64,000 nucleotides of DNA from Dicyema japonicum (Eukaryota > Animalia > Dicyemida): NCBI GenBank assembly GCA_011109175.1, contig RDEW01000033.1:1-64000 (forward strand), written 5' to 3'. A program made the translations under genes and the position numbers. Of the stretch, positions 1 through 11,659 are shown piece by piece; within the stretch, counting starts at the first letter, position 1, and each line of letters begins with the position of its first letter. The notes under the pieces are model-generated. The model did no database searches, was not told the DNA's origin, and was given only the letters and a program-made list of their open reading frames with translations.

Positions 1-1571
1 ATGAATCCCGGGACAAGTAAAATAAGCTATTAACGTTCAGACAAAATTTCATCACGAGGGCGAATCATAGTTGGATTTGGGACATTTTGGTGTCTTGCAA
101 TAGTATATATGCAAAGACTCAACGTGAATGTGGTAATTCCTCAAATTATAACAATAAGGGAACCTGAACCTGGGGTATATTTTATATTAAAAATACAGAA
201 AGTTGAATGGACTCAATTTCAGAAATCTTTTGGTTTAATGTGCTTTTACGCCGGATATTGCTTAACTCAAGTAATTGGTGGAGTCTCGGCAGAGAGGTTT
301 GGATCAAAAATTACTCTCTTTGTCAATATTCTCGTTTCAACTATTTTGTGTATTATAACTCCTTCTATAATGTTGAAGAGTTACTCTGGTTTTGTTGCCA
401 TTCGAATAATAATGGGAGCAGCTCAGGTATAGAAATATTCCCAGTTTAGGCCTCATTCTTACCCTGTTTCACAGTCATCATCGCAAATTGGTATTCTGCT
501 GAAATTCGGGGATCTGCTATTGGCACGATATTTCCTGGTATTTGGCACATTTTACTCAAGGTACTTATTTTGGAAATATCCTTGCATATAGTGTTACTTC
601 AGGATTGGCATATAACCAGAGTTTATGGCCAGTGTCATTTTATATATTTGGTGATGAATATTTATTAAATTTAGGCGTTATTGCAGTAATTTGGCTGATT
701 TTGTGGGTAATATTCATGACCGATGACCCAAAGAATAATAGATGGATCACTGATGGGGAAAAAGAATATCTATCTCAAATAGTTGAACGAGAACAAGTCA
801 CTGATTTAAGTACTCTTTTTTAATTTAGAAAATTCCTTGGAAAAAAATGTTAACTTCTCCCCCTTTGATTGCGGAGGTAATGGTACATTTTTCGGCCAAT
901 TGGAGTGCTTTCCTTCTAGTAACCATAATCCCATCTATGTTGAAGGATTTGTACTACATTCCTGTTAAAAATGTATTACATTCGCTATATTCCAGCAAAC
1001 TTATATCACATTTCTTGCCCCCATAGTTACCTGGGTCGGGGATTTGGTTCGTGTCTTTTATCGGATTATTTTTTGATAAAGAGAAAGGCTCAGAAAACAT
1101 TAGTAAGAAAGATATTTTGCCTATTTGGTACGTAAATCAATCCTCATTGTAGCACTTATACCCGTTGGGATATTATTACTTCTGGCTACTCTGATTCCAA
1201 AAAATTTACCAGTTATCGGAGTTATATTGGTGTTGATTGCATGTGTGTTCACTGGAGTATATATTTCTGTCTCCATGCCAAACATAGGGGATATTGCTCC
1301 TCAATATTACGGAATCATTGCTGGTATTTCTAATACTCTCGGGGCTCTCGGTGGAGTGGTGGCCATTCAGACATCGTACACCTTTGTATCAGACACTGTA
1401 AATGATAATTTCACATTTTAGCATCAACCACGAGAATGGCAATATGTATTTACGCTAATGTTGGCCATTGAAATACTTGGACTACTCACATTCACCTTTT
1501 TTGCCAAAACTGATATTCAACCGTGGGCTGTTCAAAAAAGAGACAGTGATCAAACAAATTATCAACTTTAA
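1..1571 (+). CDS. SLC17 (sialin/VGLUT-like) MFS anion transporter, 9 exons
   Basis: Splicing introns 17-40, 427-449, 538-560, 651-674, 810-828, 973-995, 1128-1152 and 1398-1421 gives an MFS protein with SLC17 motifs (YMQRLNVNV, FYAGYCLTQVIGG..AERFGSK, W+P..ERG-like WYSAEIRG, KIPWKKMLTSPP, DIAPQYYGIIAGISNT, AKTDIQPWA). Ends TAA at 1569-1571. Two apparent +1 homopolymer indels at about 1038-1060. Confidence 0.9.
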
Positions 1572-1729
1572 ACTAATTTATTATTTCTTACTCGATGTAG
1601 GGTTCGGCAAAAATAAATAATCTATTTAAAAACAACAATCATACATAATTAATGCGCAAGTCCTCATGTCTAGGCATTCTAACAACCGTTTTATTTAATT
1701 TGACAACATTAACTATTTTTAGAGACTCC

Positions 1730-2060
1730 AAGCAGAATAGTGGTTAGTGTTGTTCAAGTCGCGATTAGCTGTGGGTTCAATTTACACATCGCTACCTACT
1801 TGGTTGGTAGATTCTTTGCTCCGTGTCTTCTCTAAATTCAAGAAGAGACCGTTTGGGAACTATTCACGTTCCGCCAAAGTTAGTGTTGTGGTATATGCTA
1901 GGATTGAAATTATTTGTTTGTTTCTTCTGTTCAACCTTCCCCGGCTCCAGCGAGCTTGAATTGTTAATGTGCGTCATGTGGTTCACTATCTCTGGTGGCG
2001 CCAGATATATTACTAAATTATATCCAAAAGGGTCCAAGTTTAAGTGATTGAAATTCGACT
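1730..2060 (+). mobile_element. Possible tRNA-derived SINE (degenerate)
   Basis: A-box-like TAGTGGTTAG (about 1738) and B-box-like GGGTTCAATT (about 1773) open a GC-richer island. No full cloverleaf. Confidence 0.3.
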
Positions 2061-2744
2061 AAAATACCTTGATGTCTAAATTTTTAAATCGAAAATTCAT
2101 TAAAAATTTTTCTTACTCACAACTTCTAAACATTAAGTTACTTTGCTCCATTGTTAATTTTTTAAAATTTATTTTTTTGTAATACAAAATAATATCACAG
2201 CCATAAAAGAACTACACCTTATTTGCATACCATTATGTTTGGAACATTATTTTGACTAATCTTAGTGGGTAAAAATAAGTAGTGTAAACCCCATCGAATC
2301 CTCTATAAAAAGTAGAGTTAAGTAAAATTAAAGTAGTCATGTTCTTGTGGGGATATTGAGAATGCTGCCGCAGTGTTTTGCGTGGTTGGAATAGACTTCG
2401 CAGGAAATGCTTGAAGGCGCAATTGAGCAAACCAAAATGTTCACTTCGAGAGTGGAAGCCAGCTAGTCGCCGTCATTGGCGTATGAGAGCAGAAGGCAGT
2501 ATTCATCTAAAGGTTGTAGCATGTCAAGTATGTAAAAGTTGAAGAGTACGATTAAGTTTTTCTTCCGAACCTCACAATAAAATCCACATTCGGACAAATT
2601 TTTTAATCAAAAGCTGCGTTTCGTCTAGATGAGGTGAAAGTGTTATCATGGAAGGCTTTGTAATCATGTGACTTCAGCTAATTCACATTGTGATCAATTT
2701 AACATTATTATTGGTAATTGTAGAGTCTCTTTTTCTATGCAGAT

Positions 2745-2850
2745 CTAATAATAATGATGTAATTTACGAAGAGCCAAATCAGCTATAGCTCTTCCCAGAG
2801 AGGATACACACTTTATTTTAATCAAAGAACAGTTATCATAACTAGTCTAT
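2745..2850 (-). mobile_element. 3' end of dispersed LINE-like family B
   Basis: Minus strand reads AATAAAGTGTG, then a GAAGAGCTA/TGGCTCTTC hairpin, then an (ATT)n tail. Homologous to 6400-6480, 17565-17812 and 62190-62440. Confidence 0.5.
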
Positions 2851-2899
2851 GTCTCTATTGAAGAATCGGCATACTTTCGTAGTAAAGGGTCCATATTCT

Positions 2900-3760
2900 T
2901 GACATAGTCATATAAGTCTTTATCTTCCACCCAAAAAGACCCAAAATTTTTTCCAACAATTCTGAATATGGATTTCAGTTATCTTGTCGGACGCTTCAGA
3001 AATAATTTAAATAGCATTTCTAAGAGTCAGAACTTTTAAAGCCACCTAAAAAGTTATTTCTATTTTTGCATAAACAAAGAAAACGTATAAATAAGTTTCT
3101 GTAGTTCGTCTTTAAGGTCTTGATTATTCACATGTTGTGTGGTTGAATTAAAAAGGTTGTATTTTTCAACAAATAAAGAAATTCAATTTTGGAGCAAATA
3201 GTAATTTTATGCGAACTGGCATTTTCCTACAGCATCAATATTTTTCTTTTTCCGACTTCATTTGGCCTTAGCTTTGAATAGCCAAGTTTTACAAATATCA
3301 CAGTCATCCATGAAGAATCATAATATTAAAAAAACGGATTAAATTTTTTAAGGCAACGAAGATTTCGGTTTTTTTAATATTGACCAACTTTCTTAGCCAA
3401 CGTTTCAAAAAAATTATACAGCATTGATGAATTTCAAATTATTCCTCATTTTAAATTTTTGAAGCCAACTATTGGAGATTTGAAATCACTCTAGGAAAGT
3501 TTTGAGGAAACTATTAACCATGGTATCCATTTCACCTCAACCTCTTGAAAAATTCAATAACTTTCGAATCTAAAATTTTTATTTTTTCAGAATTATTGTT
3601 TTCTTCTGGTGACTTTGAATACATAACTCCAATTTTAAGGAAATGAACAATATCTTTTTTTATCCGTAAAAATGTAGCTCTGCTAATTTTGAAAATGGAT
3701 GCAAAATTCTCCGTTCAGGAAATATTTTTGCAACTTGAGAATTAAAAAAATAATACTAAA
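2900..3760 (-). mobile_element. Degenerate pogo/Tigger transposase remnant
   Basis: Broken minus-strand frames give SNSWLQKFK (CENP-B HTH), PRCLKK, WMT..IF..WL, RKILM and NTT..IQP motifs. Confidence 0.6.
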
Positions 3761-3842
3761 AATGTAACTAAATTAACTAAAATGAAAAAATTAAATAGTA
3801 ATTTGATTTTTTATAAATCTCTTATAAAAACATTGTTTAGAT

Positions 3843-6130
3843 CAGAGGTTCTCAATTTGGGGTCGATTCGACCCCCAGGGGTCTAAAATCAATCCAGATC
3901 GATTGTAAGGGGGTCGATAATGAAATATTTGGGGGTCGAAAATAAATTTAATATATTTAATTTTTTTCAATTTAAATTTAGTTTATTTTTAAAGTGGTAA
4001 ACCTTTGTTCTTTAAAATTTTTAAAATTACCATGCTTGTTTTTGCTTGTGTATGAGTCGTCCTTAAAAATTCGTCAATATAAAAATGAATATTTGGCATT
4101 TGGATTTATAAAAAATTCTTTTGATGATAGACCATATTGTTTACTGTGTAACAAGTCATTATCAAATGATGCAATGAAACCGTCCAAATTGTTGGATCAT
4201 CTTAGGAGAAAACATTCGAATAAAAAAGATAAACCATTAGAGTATTTTGAAGAATTAAAGGATTCTTTTCGTAAACAAAAAACGATTGACACTGTTTTTA
4301 CAAATAGTAATGAAAGAAACAATAGTTGTAGTTATTTTAAATTATATTTAGGAGGACTAATTGCATCCTATAAAATTGCAATGATTATTGCCAAAAATGA
4401 GAGTTCCCATGTTTCTGGTGAAAATCTCATCAAACCATCTATATCAGTGATTCTATCAGATCTGATGGGTTTAAATCCCACGAAATTTTAAAATCCGTGC
4501 CAATTAGCAATGATTCAATTCGCCGCAGGATTGACGAAATGTCAGATAATGTTGAACATATTTTATGTGAAAGGCTTAAAAATACTATTTTTTCGCTTCA
4601 AATTGACGAAAGTCATATATGTGATAACCAATCAATTCTAATGGGATATGTCAGGTTAATCTTATTAGAAGCTTACGATATAGATATTTTGACGATCATG
4701 CTCTTCTTACAGAAGATTTATTATTTGTCAAATATTTGGAAACTGATACGACTGGATTTTCTATTTTTTCCGTAGTCAAATTATTTTTGATGACAAGAAG
4801 ATTCCATATGAAAATTTGGTTTCTTGTGCCACAGATGGTGCAATGTCTTGGTTGGAAAATATAAAGGATTTGCGGCATATTTGAAAAAAAATATGTCCAA
4901 ATGTGATTCATGTACATTGCGTTTCACATAGACAACATTTGATTTCAAAAGCTCTTTCGCCAATTCTACATAAAACGTTAAATATAGTTATTAAAACCAT
5001 AAACAAAATTAAAGCAAACAGCAAGTATGACCGTCTTTTTAGAAAATTTTGCTATGAGGCTAAAGAAACATATGTCCGTCTTGTGCTTCACACTGAGGTT
5101 ATAGTTTCCAATTTTATTTATAGGCACGATGATTATTAAAGCGGGATGCATTTGAACGATTTTCAATGTTATTTGATACAATCGTAAATTTTCTTACTTC
5201 TGAGGGTGATAAAAATTTAGCAGATTTAATTGTATCGAAAAAAAAGAAATTGTTTATTTTACATTGATTTTTGGAAAATTTAATGAAGTTTCATTATAAC
5301 TTCAGGGAAAGTATGTGACGTAAATAGATTGTAAAAGAATTATTCAAATAATCATCGAAAAAATTAAGTTATATAAATATAACTTGAAAAAAATAAATTA
5401 TTATAACATTCCCGAATTCCACTCAATTGGTCAAACATTTGATGATGAAGATATTAACAACTTTTTGCAACATTTCTTAAGTATAGAAAAGATTTGATTC
5501 TTCGATTCCAAGATATTCTTGAATTAGAAATTCCATCTTGGATGATTAATCCGTTTTTTGTCAAAGCCAGAAGACAAAGAAATTATTCAAGAGGAATTAT
5601 TATGTTAAATTCAATCAGAATTAAACTATATTTAATGATTCACATCACCTGTTATTTTTTGGCAAAATATGAAAGTGAAGGAGAGTTATCCAAAATTGTG
5701 GACAGAAATAGCACAATTGCTACTCTATTTTCCGACGTCATACTGTGTTGAATGCGGATTTAGCATTCTACATGGAATTGTAAATAAAGAACGAAACAGA
5801 TTGGAAGTGTCCATTAGAAGAGATCTTTGTTTAAAAATAACACAAATAGAGCCAGATATCGAATCTTTGGTCAAAAAACATCAGTCACAGGATCCCATTG
5901 GTATTTAATTTTTTTTTATTATAGATTTATGCTAAGATAGCAACTTAACATCGAGTATATACTTTTTTTGTTTGATTTGATTATTAACAATAAATTCATT
6001 TTAGATAATTAACTAATTTTACTTAGAATTGTATGTTCTAAATAAAAAAGTTTTAAGGGGTCGAGTAAATATTAGGGGGTCGAAAAAAAAGTCAAGGGGT
6101 CGACAAGTAAAAAAAGGTTGAGAACCCCTG
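3843..6130 (+). mobile_element. hAT transposon, Buster family (ZBED5/SCAND3-like), full length with decayed transposase
   Basis: TIRs CAGAGGTTCTCAA / revcomp CAGGGGTTCTCAA. 8-bp TSD GTTTAGAT (3835-3842) / GTTTAGAC (6131-6138) with central TA, the Buster nnnTAnnn pattern. GGGGTCGA subterminal repeats at both ends. BED finger (CLLC..HLRRKH), LQIDES, CATDGA, HCVSHRQHL, HTE.RW and C-terminal PTSYCVECGFS. Confidence 0.92.
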
Positions 6131-6559
6131 GTTTAGACAATCGCAGCTTAAAATCAGCATAAACTGAGTATGGTTTATAGTCGGGGTCTGACTCAAACCG
6201 AATTATGACCATCAAACGAGGATGCTGTGAGAACCTCTCGGAAAAGATAGTTTCGTGTGTGTCTAGGAATTGAAGAAAGCAAAGATCTGAATTCTAGGTA
6301 GCGGTGTAAGTAAAGTAGTTGCTTAGAAAATTTTGATGAATAATTAACTAAATTTGTAAAGTTGCAAATATATCAAGGTCATTGATTAAAAAACATAGCT
6401 TTTTTCGAGAGTCATATATAGTTTCGTCCAGGCAAGATTACACTTTATTAAATTAAAGAACATTTACGATAACTAATATTAGAAAGGGAACCATGGAATG
6501 GTTTAACTTCTTTTTTGCTTGTTCTTAGAATGCGACCGCCACTTTCCTGAAACAAATTC

Positions 6560-7803
6560 AATATCTGATCTATTTCTAGTTAAAGTAAACATCAATGTTA
6601 ACAAATCAGAGCTAATAAAAATCTCATATCCATACACCGACTTGGACATCAATGTTAACAAATCACATTGATGGACTTGGACATCTGATGAGAAACGTCA
6701 TCGGACTACCCAAGTTTTTATATCTACTCCGATGTTCACCCTGTTACGAACAATACGACACTCTACTTTCAATAGACAAGTCTCTCAAGCAAACTGTTGA
6801 GTCACTAATTAACGTCGCTTCGACGAACTTGGTTGGAAACAATGCAAGCTTCCCTCTGGATTTAGGGGTTGTCGAAATAAGATCGGCGCTTGGAGGTTTC
6901 ATACCCGGCATAGTCTATCGTCTCTGTCAAGCTGCAGCCATTTGACACGGCAAGTCTTCATAACACTATTGGACTTGGCTAAATGAGTCATTTGACGAAG
7001 CTTGCCAAAAATGGAACGGGTCCCGGACTCAAAATCTCCGAAGACACAACAAAACAAAGTAATTGGGATAACATTGTCTGCTCCAAAATTTTGGAAGACC
7101 TTAAAAAGAAGCAAATCAACATCGTCTGGCTTGTTTGGTGTCAGCTTCAAGTAGAGGGAGTGGAGCATGGCTTGGTGCAATACCTTGCCCAAACCTCGGG
7201 ACCTTTTTGGACGACGATTCTTTGAGGATTGGAATCGGACAAAGGCTGGGACTAGACGTTTGCCAGGAGCACCGATGCCGATGCGGGAAAACAGTCGATG
7301 CGAAAGGATTGCACCCGCTGTCCTGCAGAAGAAGCGCCGGAAGGGGACCACGTCATGCCAGCTCGTGATAGGCTTCAAGGCTTCCCAGCACAGCTTGAAC
7401 CAGTGGGTTTTGATCGAGGAGATAAGAAGAGACCTGACGGGATGACCCTTTTCCCCTTCACGTCTGGAAGATCTTTGGTCTGGGACGCAACTTGCATAGA
7501 CACGTTCTCAAGCACGAACATTTTTAAATCGTGTTCAGACACCTGGAGCAGCTGCTTCGACGCGGAAAACCTAAAAATCAAGAAATATTCTTGCCTCGGG
7601 GATCGCTACCGATTTACTCCTGTTGCGACCGAATCATCGGGAGCCGTTGGTCCAATGACGGCTGAGTTCTTGCGAGAACTCGGAGGATTGCTTTCCAGAA
7701 AGAAAAGGGATCAACGAGTAGGGTTATGGCTAAGACAAAAGATTGGAATAGCCATACTCCGAGGGAACTCGTTCGCATTCCACGCAGCAGGCTTCCTCAA
7801 CTG
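6560..7803 (+). mobile_element. CRE-clade RLE non-LTR retrotransposon, 5'-truncated
   Basis: RT C-terminus (LLRCSPC), SGAWLGAIP, CRCGKTVDAKGLHPLSC zinc knuckle, KRPDGMTLFP..GRSLVWDATC (PD..D endonuclease) and IAILRGNS. Followed by A/T-rich tail. Confidence 0.9.
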
Positions 7804-7880
7804 ACATTTGTTTAATTGTTAAAAAAATTTTCCTTGTTAAAAAAAAGTTAAAGTAAATATTTAATTTTTTCTTACTAATA

Positions 7881-10234
7881 CAGTGCAATCCCGCCCCAAT
7901 AAAATCACGGCTTGGCACCCTCTATATATTGGCGACTTTTTTTATAAAGTTCATTTTATGATAGTTTAACTGTATATTGAAATTATAATAATAAATATTT
8001 AGTAATAACTTGCTGTTGGTATACGAAAATTCCATATTCCAATTAATATTGCGTCGAATTCGTGGTTAGGGTTAGGCTAGGGCTGTGGTTCAGATTAAAA
8101 TTAGTTTCGGGTTAGGCTAGGGTTAGTTTCTCTGAAAATTTCACCAAAAATCGATTTCTGGATGAATTATCGTCTACAATTATTTTTCGTTTATTTATAC
8201 GATCATTCTTTCACCGCCTATGGTTAATTTTGCAGATAATACCGATTTATAATATCTTTTATCGTGAAAACTCCCTTTCTTTTAAAAAATAATAGATTTT
8301 CGACCCCGCCCCCAATAGAAAAGTGCCCCAAATATAGAGGGTATATATAATTCTTACATTTTATAACTATTATTTGTATTTTTAATAACAAAATATGTTG
8401 TTTCGATAAAAAAGAGGATTTAATTTATTTTATGAGAAATAATCAGTTATTTTGATCCCAGTATTATACTTATTTCTAAGAATTTTTGAAATTTTAATTC
8501 TGAATTCATAGTACTCTTTGAGCCCTTCAGGAAGTATTGAATAAAGAAGCTTCGAGATTATTCAATTCTTGTTGAATCTTTTAAACATAACCCTTCAATC
8601 TCATCAATTCCATTATACAAAGTCCCATTATCTTCAATTCCGTTTATTTAAAGTTCCATTAACCCTGAAACATGTTTATCAATTAATTCAGATGCTTTTT
8701 TGAATTAATTTCACGAACACATGTTCTCTGTTCGTTTATTTTCATCCGACAATTGACAATCGTTGTTGTTGTTACTCGACCACAAGATTCTCCTACAGAT
8801 GCAATTATTTGCCTCATATTAATCTTCAACAAGGTCGAATAGTATTCCTTAACATCGTCAAGGCACATCATCTCATAAAGAATGTTGTTATAATATGTCT
8901 TGAAAGAGTTTATGATCCCCATATCTAAAGGTTGAAGAAGTGCTGTTGTATTTTAGGAAATTGCAACTATGGACGTCTTTTACCCTTTTTGTTGATTCCA
9001 GATAAACTCTGTTTCTGTATAAGTGGAAACTTGATGCACTTAGTTGTTTACTTTAACTTCTTTCTCGGTGTATCCGGGGTTAATAAATTAATTAATTAAA
9101 TTTTAGGAATTTTAAGAAATGATAAGTTTGAATATTTTTGAAATTTTCTGGCACGGTGAATTATCCATAAGAATCAAAATTTTTCTGTTTTTTGGATCAT
9201 TTCAAAGTTTATTTTTTGCAACCATTTATCAAAAATATCAGTCGTCATCCAAGCATTTTTGACGCTGTGTACAAAATTAAAAATAACCTAATAAAATATA
9301 CCCTATAATCCTCAGTTTGTATATTTTTAAGCATCTTGGCGATTTAAATTTCCCGATAACAAGGGGCTTTAATTTTTCACCTTCAAGACTGCAGCATAAA
9401 AAAACTGAAACTCGTTCTTTGCTTTTTGTTTTACCAAAACAATCATCATTGAAGAGACAATGATTTACATTTGATTTTTTAACAAAAAGAGAGGTTTCGT
9501 CGCAGTTAAAAAATATATATTTTCTCGTATTAATTAAATAAATTGTCGTAATCGTTAAAAAAATCTTCGACTTTATTTCTGTCACATGAGTTCTTTTCAC
9601 CCGAAATTACTTCAAACAATAATTCATGGCGCTTTTTAAATCGATCCAACCATCCATTTGATGCGTTGAAGTCATTGAAGTCAAGATTAGCTGCAATTTT
9701 TTGCAATAGTTTTTTAGGAGAAATCCTGAAACTAAAATACGATTCTCTCTCAAACTTTTAATGACTTCGAATACTAATCGATCAATTCGAATAGAAAGAT
9801 CTGATTCGAACTTCTTAGATGAGAGTTCATCAGAGTATATTTGTGTTTTTGAAACCCCTTTTCCGATTTCTTTTTTAATTCGTGAGACGGCACCTTTTCC
9901 AATATTGTACAATTGACAAATTTTTCTTTCTGATATATTTTCTTTTATTAAAGAATCGGAAATCTTCTGTTTCAGGTGGCAACTAAGCTTCGCATGCATG
10001 CTTAAAAAAATATTTTAAAATTAATTAAATAAAGATAAAAATGAAATAATAAATTTTAATATTATCGATTGAAAAAGTGCCCCAAATAGGGGAGTTTTGC
10101 ATTTTAAATTTAGGCTTCCTATTGGTCAAAAAATGTAAAAAATGAAAAATCATTCAAAATAATATTTATTAAAAAATCGCCCCCAAAACAAAGGGTGCCC
10201 CAAGGCCGGGGTTTTATTGGGGCGGGTCGTATTG
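7881..10234 (-). mobile_element. pogo/Tigger DNA transposon, full length, decayed
   Basis: TA-flanked imperfect TIRs of about 40 bp (CAGTGCAATCCCGCCCCAATAAAA.. / CAATACGACCCGCCCCAATAAAA..). HTH domains, NCDETSLF, SKERVSVFLC, KLKPLVIGK..PRC, NAWMT, ILMDNS and LQPLDMGII. Confidence 0.87.
8960..9090 (+). mobile_element. LINE family A 3' tail inserted in the pogo transposase
   Basis: Ends in TTCTCGGTGTATCCGGGGTTAATAAATTAA and separates the DN..H and NTT..LQPLD motifs. Homologous to 11470-11550. Confidence 0.55.
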
Positions 10235-10469
10235 TAAGTTGTTTCCGCATGAACAGTAGTCACAATTTGTACATAAAAATTCAAAAAAATAATGTCATAG
10301 TCCATACATGCGAGATTTATCACAAAATTAAAAAAAATGTTTTCTTAGTAAAACCTTCATTGGAAAAAATTATTAATAATATTAATTTGAAGTTTTATAT
10401 CATCCAATTTATATTTAGCTAAATATAATTTTAATCACTTTGGACGAGATAAATTATATAGTTTTTTAT

Positions 10470-10830
10470 CACTTACCCTTGATGGTGCTACACGTAGGGA
10501 AGTTAGTACTGTGGTCTCTGAATGTGTTTATTGTCAGGTATCAAATATAGTAATTTTAGTCAAAACGATTGCTTGCAACTAAACCTGAAATTACGCCAAT
10601 CATTGCTAATGCTCCAAGAGATCGGTACATTTTGTTACGTCATGATTGGGATGCCAATAGGGTAATAGGTGCTACTCATTATATGACGAAGTTTCTACAA
10701 AAAGGTACCAAGTTGTCAGTAAGAAAGAAGAACTGATAGCTATTGTTGACCAGGACGAAGAAAATAATGAATATAACACAGTTCACATTAGTCGAGCTAA
10801 AAAATTGTTACCTTTGAAATTTTTTAAGAT
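10470..10830 (+). mobile_element. Ginger/gypsy-type integrase fragments (zinc-finger end and C-terminal part; core deleted)
   Basis: REVSTVVSECVYCQ|22-nt intron|SKRLLATKPEITPIIANAPRDRY, then a VHISRAK-type C-terminal motif. Resembles the integrase at 32800-33330. Confidence 0.5.
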
Positions 10831-11349
10831 GTGTGTTTTTTAAATTGGGTCACTTAAATGATTACTAACATTAGTTTGGTTAGGGTTAGAGTTAGGGTTG
10901 ATTTAAAATAGTTTAGCTTGACAGATTGTAATTTTAAATATTTATGTTAAAAATTTGAAAAAAATGGTTAAATTTTAGAGCTAAAATTAGTATGGCTATC
11001 CATTTTTACGTAATTTTATAATAAAATCTTAAATCAATACGTAATTGATTAGAATTTGGTTTCATGTTGGTTTTCAAGTATTTCTTATAGTCACAATTAA
11101 AGGTATAAAACTTATGAATTTTAGATATTTAATGAATATTTAATACAAAGAATTTCAAAAATATGATTTTTATTAAAAATTATGAATCCTGCATGTATGG
11201 ACTGTGACAAATAATAAATAAGATAAATCGTAGAAAAATTTTAAATTTATATTTACTTTTTAACTAAAAAATACCATATGTTGATTTTGTTGCAGGAAAG
11301 CGACGGTCACTTTCCAAATAAATACATTTTTTCTATTTGTTTGGTGTGC

Positions 11350-11645
11350 TTTTTTCTTAAGACAATCCGGTTCGGCAGTGAAGTATTCACTGATGACGCC
11401 TTTACTCGTCAATCGTAGATCCGTGGAACCTTAAGTCGAAATATACAGATTCGAATTTTGCCCCGCACTTGATTATTATTAACCCCGGATACACCGAGAA
11501 AGAAGTTAACGACTAATTAAGTGTATCCAGTTCTACTGTATACTCCTTCCAACGTCACACAAGTACAAGAATCTGAATAAAAGGTAGAGGACGTCCGTTA
11601 CTTGCAGACTTCTCAATACGTACCACTCTGTCGTCACCTGAGAGG
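11350..11645 (-). mobile_element. Family B fragment (11350-11435) plus LINE family A 3' end (11470-11645)
   Basis: 11350-11435 aligns to 17715-17812 and 62195-62300. 11478-11503 is the revcomp of the TTCTCGGTGTATCCGGGGTTAATAA tail. Confidence 0.55.
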
Positions 11646-11659
11646 TTTTAAATTGTCTA

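Noticed and set aside
5130-5132. TGA at conserved Trp positions (HTEAR*L here, IVMT*EG at 31429-31431), hinting at UGA=Trp recoding
   Set aside because: Both are in decayed TEs and need only one G>A change. Host genes use TGG for Trp, and GET3 ends in TGA (30726-30728).
11385-11430. CTGATGA in the family B repeat as a possible hammerhead ribozyme (Penelope-like)
   Set aside because: No GAAA core after a stem II, the motif is not conserved in the other copies, and the family's sense strand is the opposite one.
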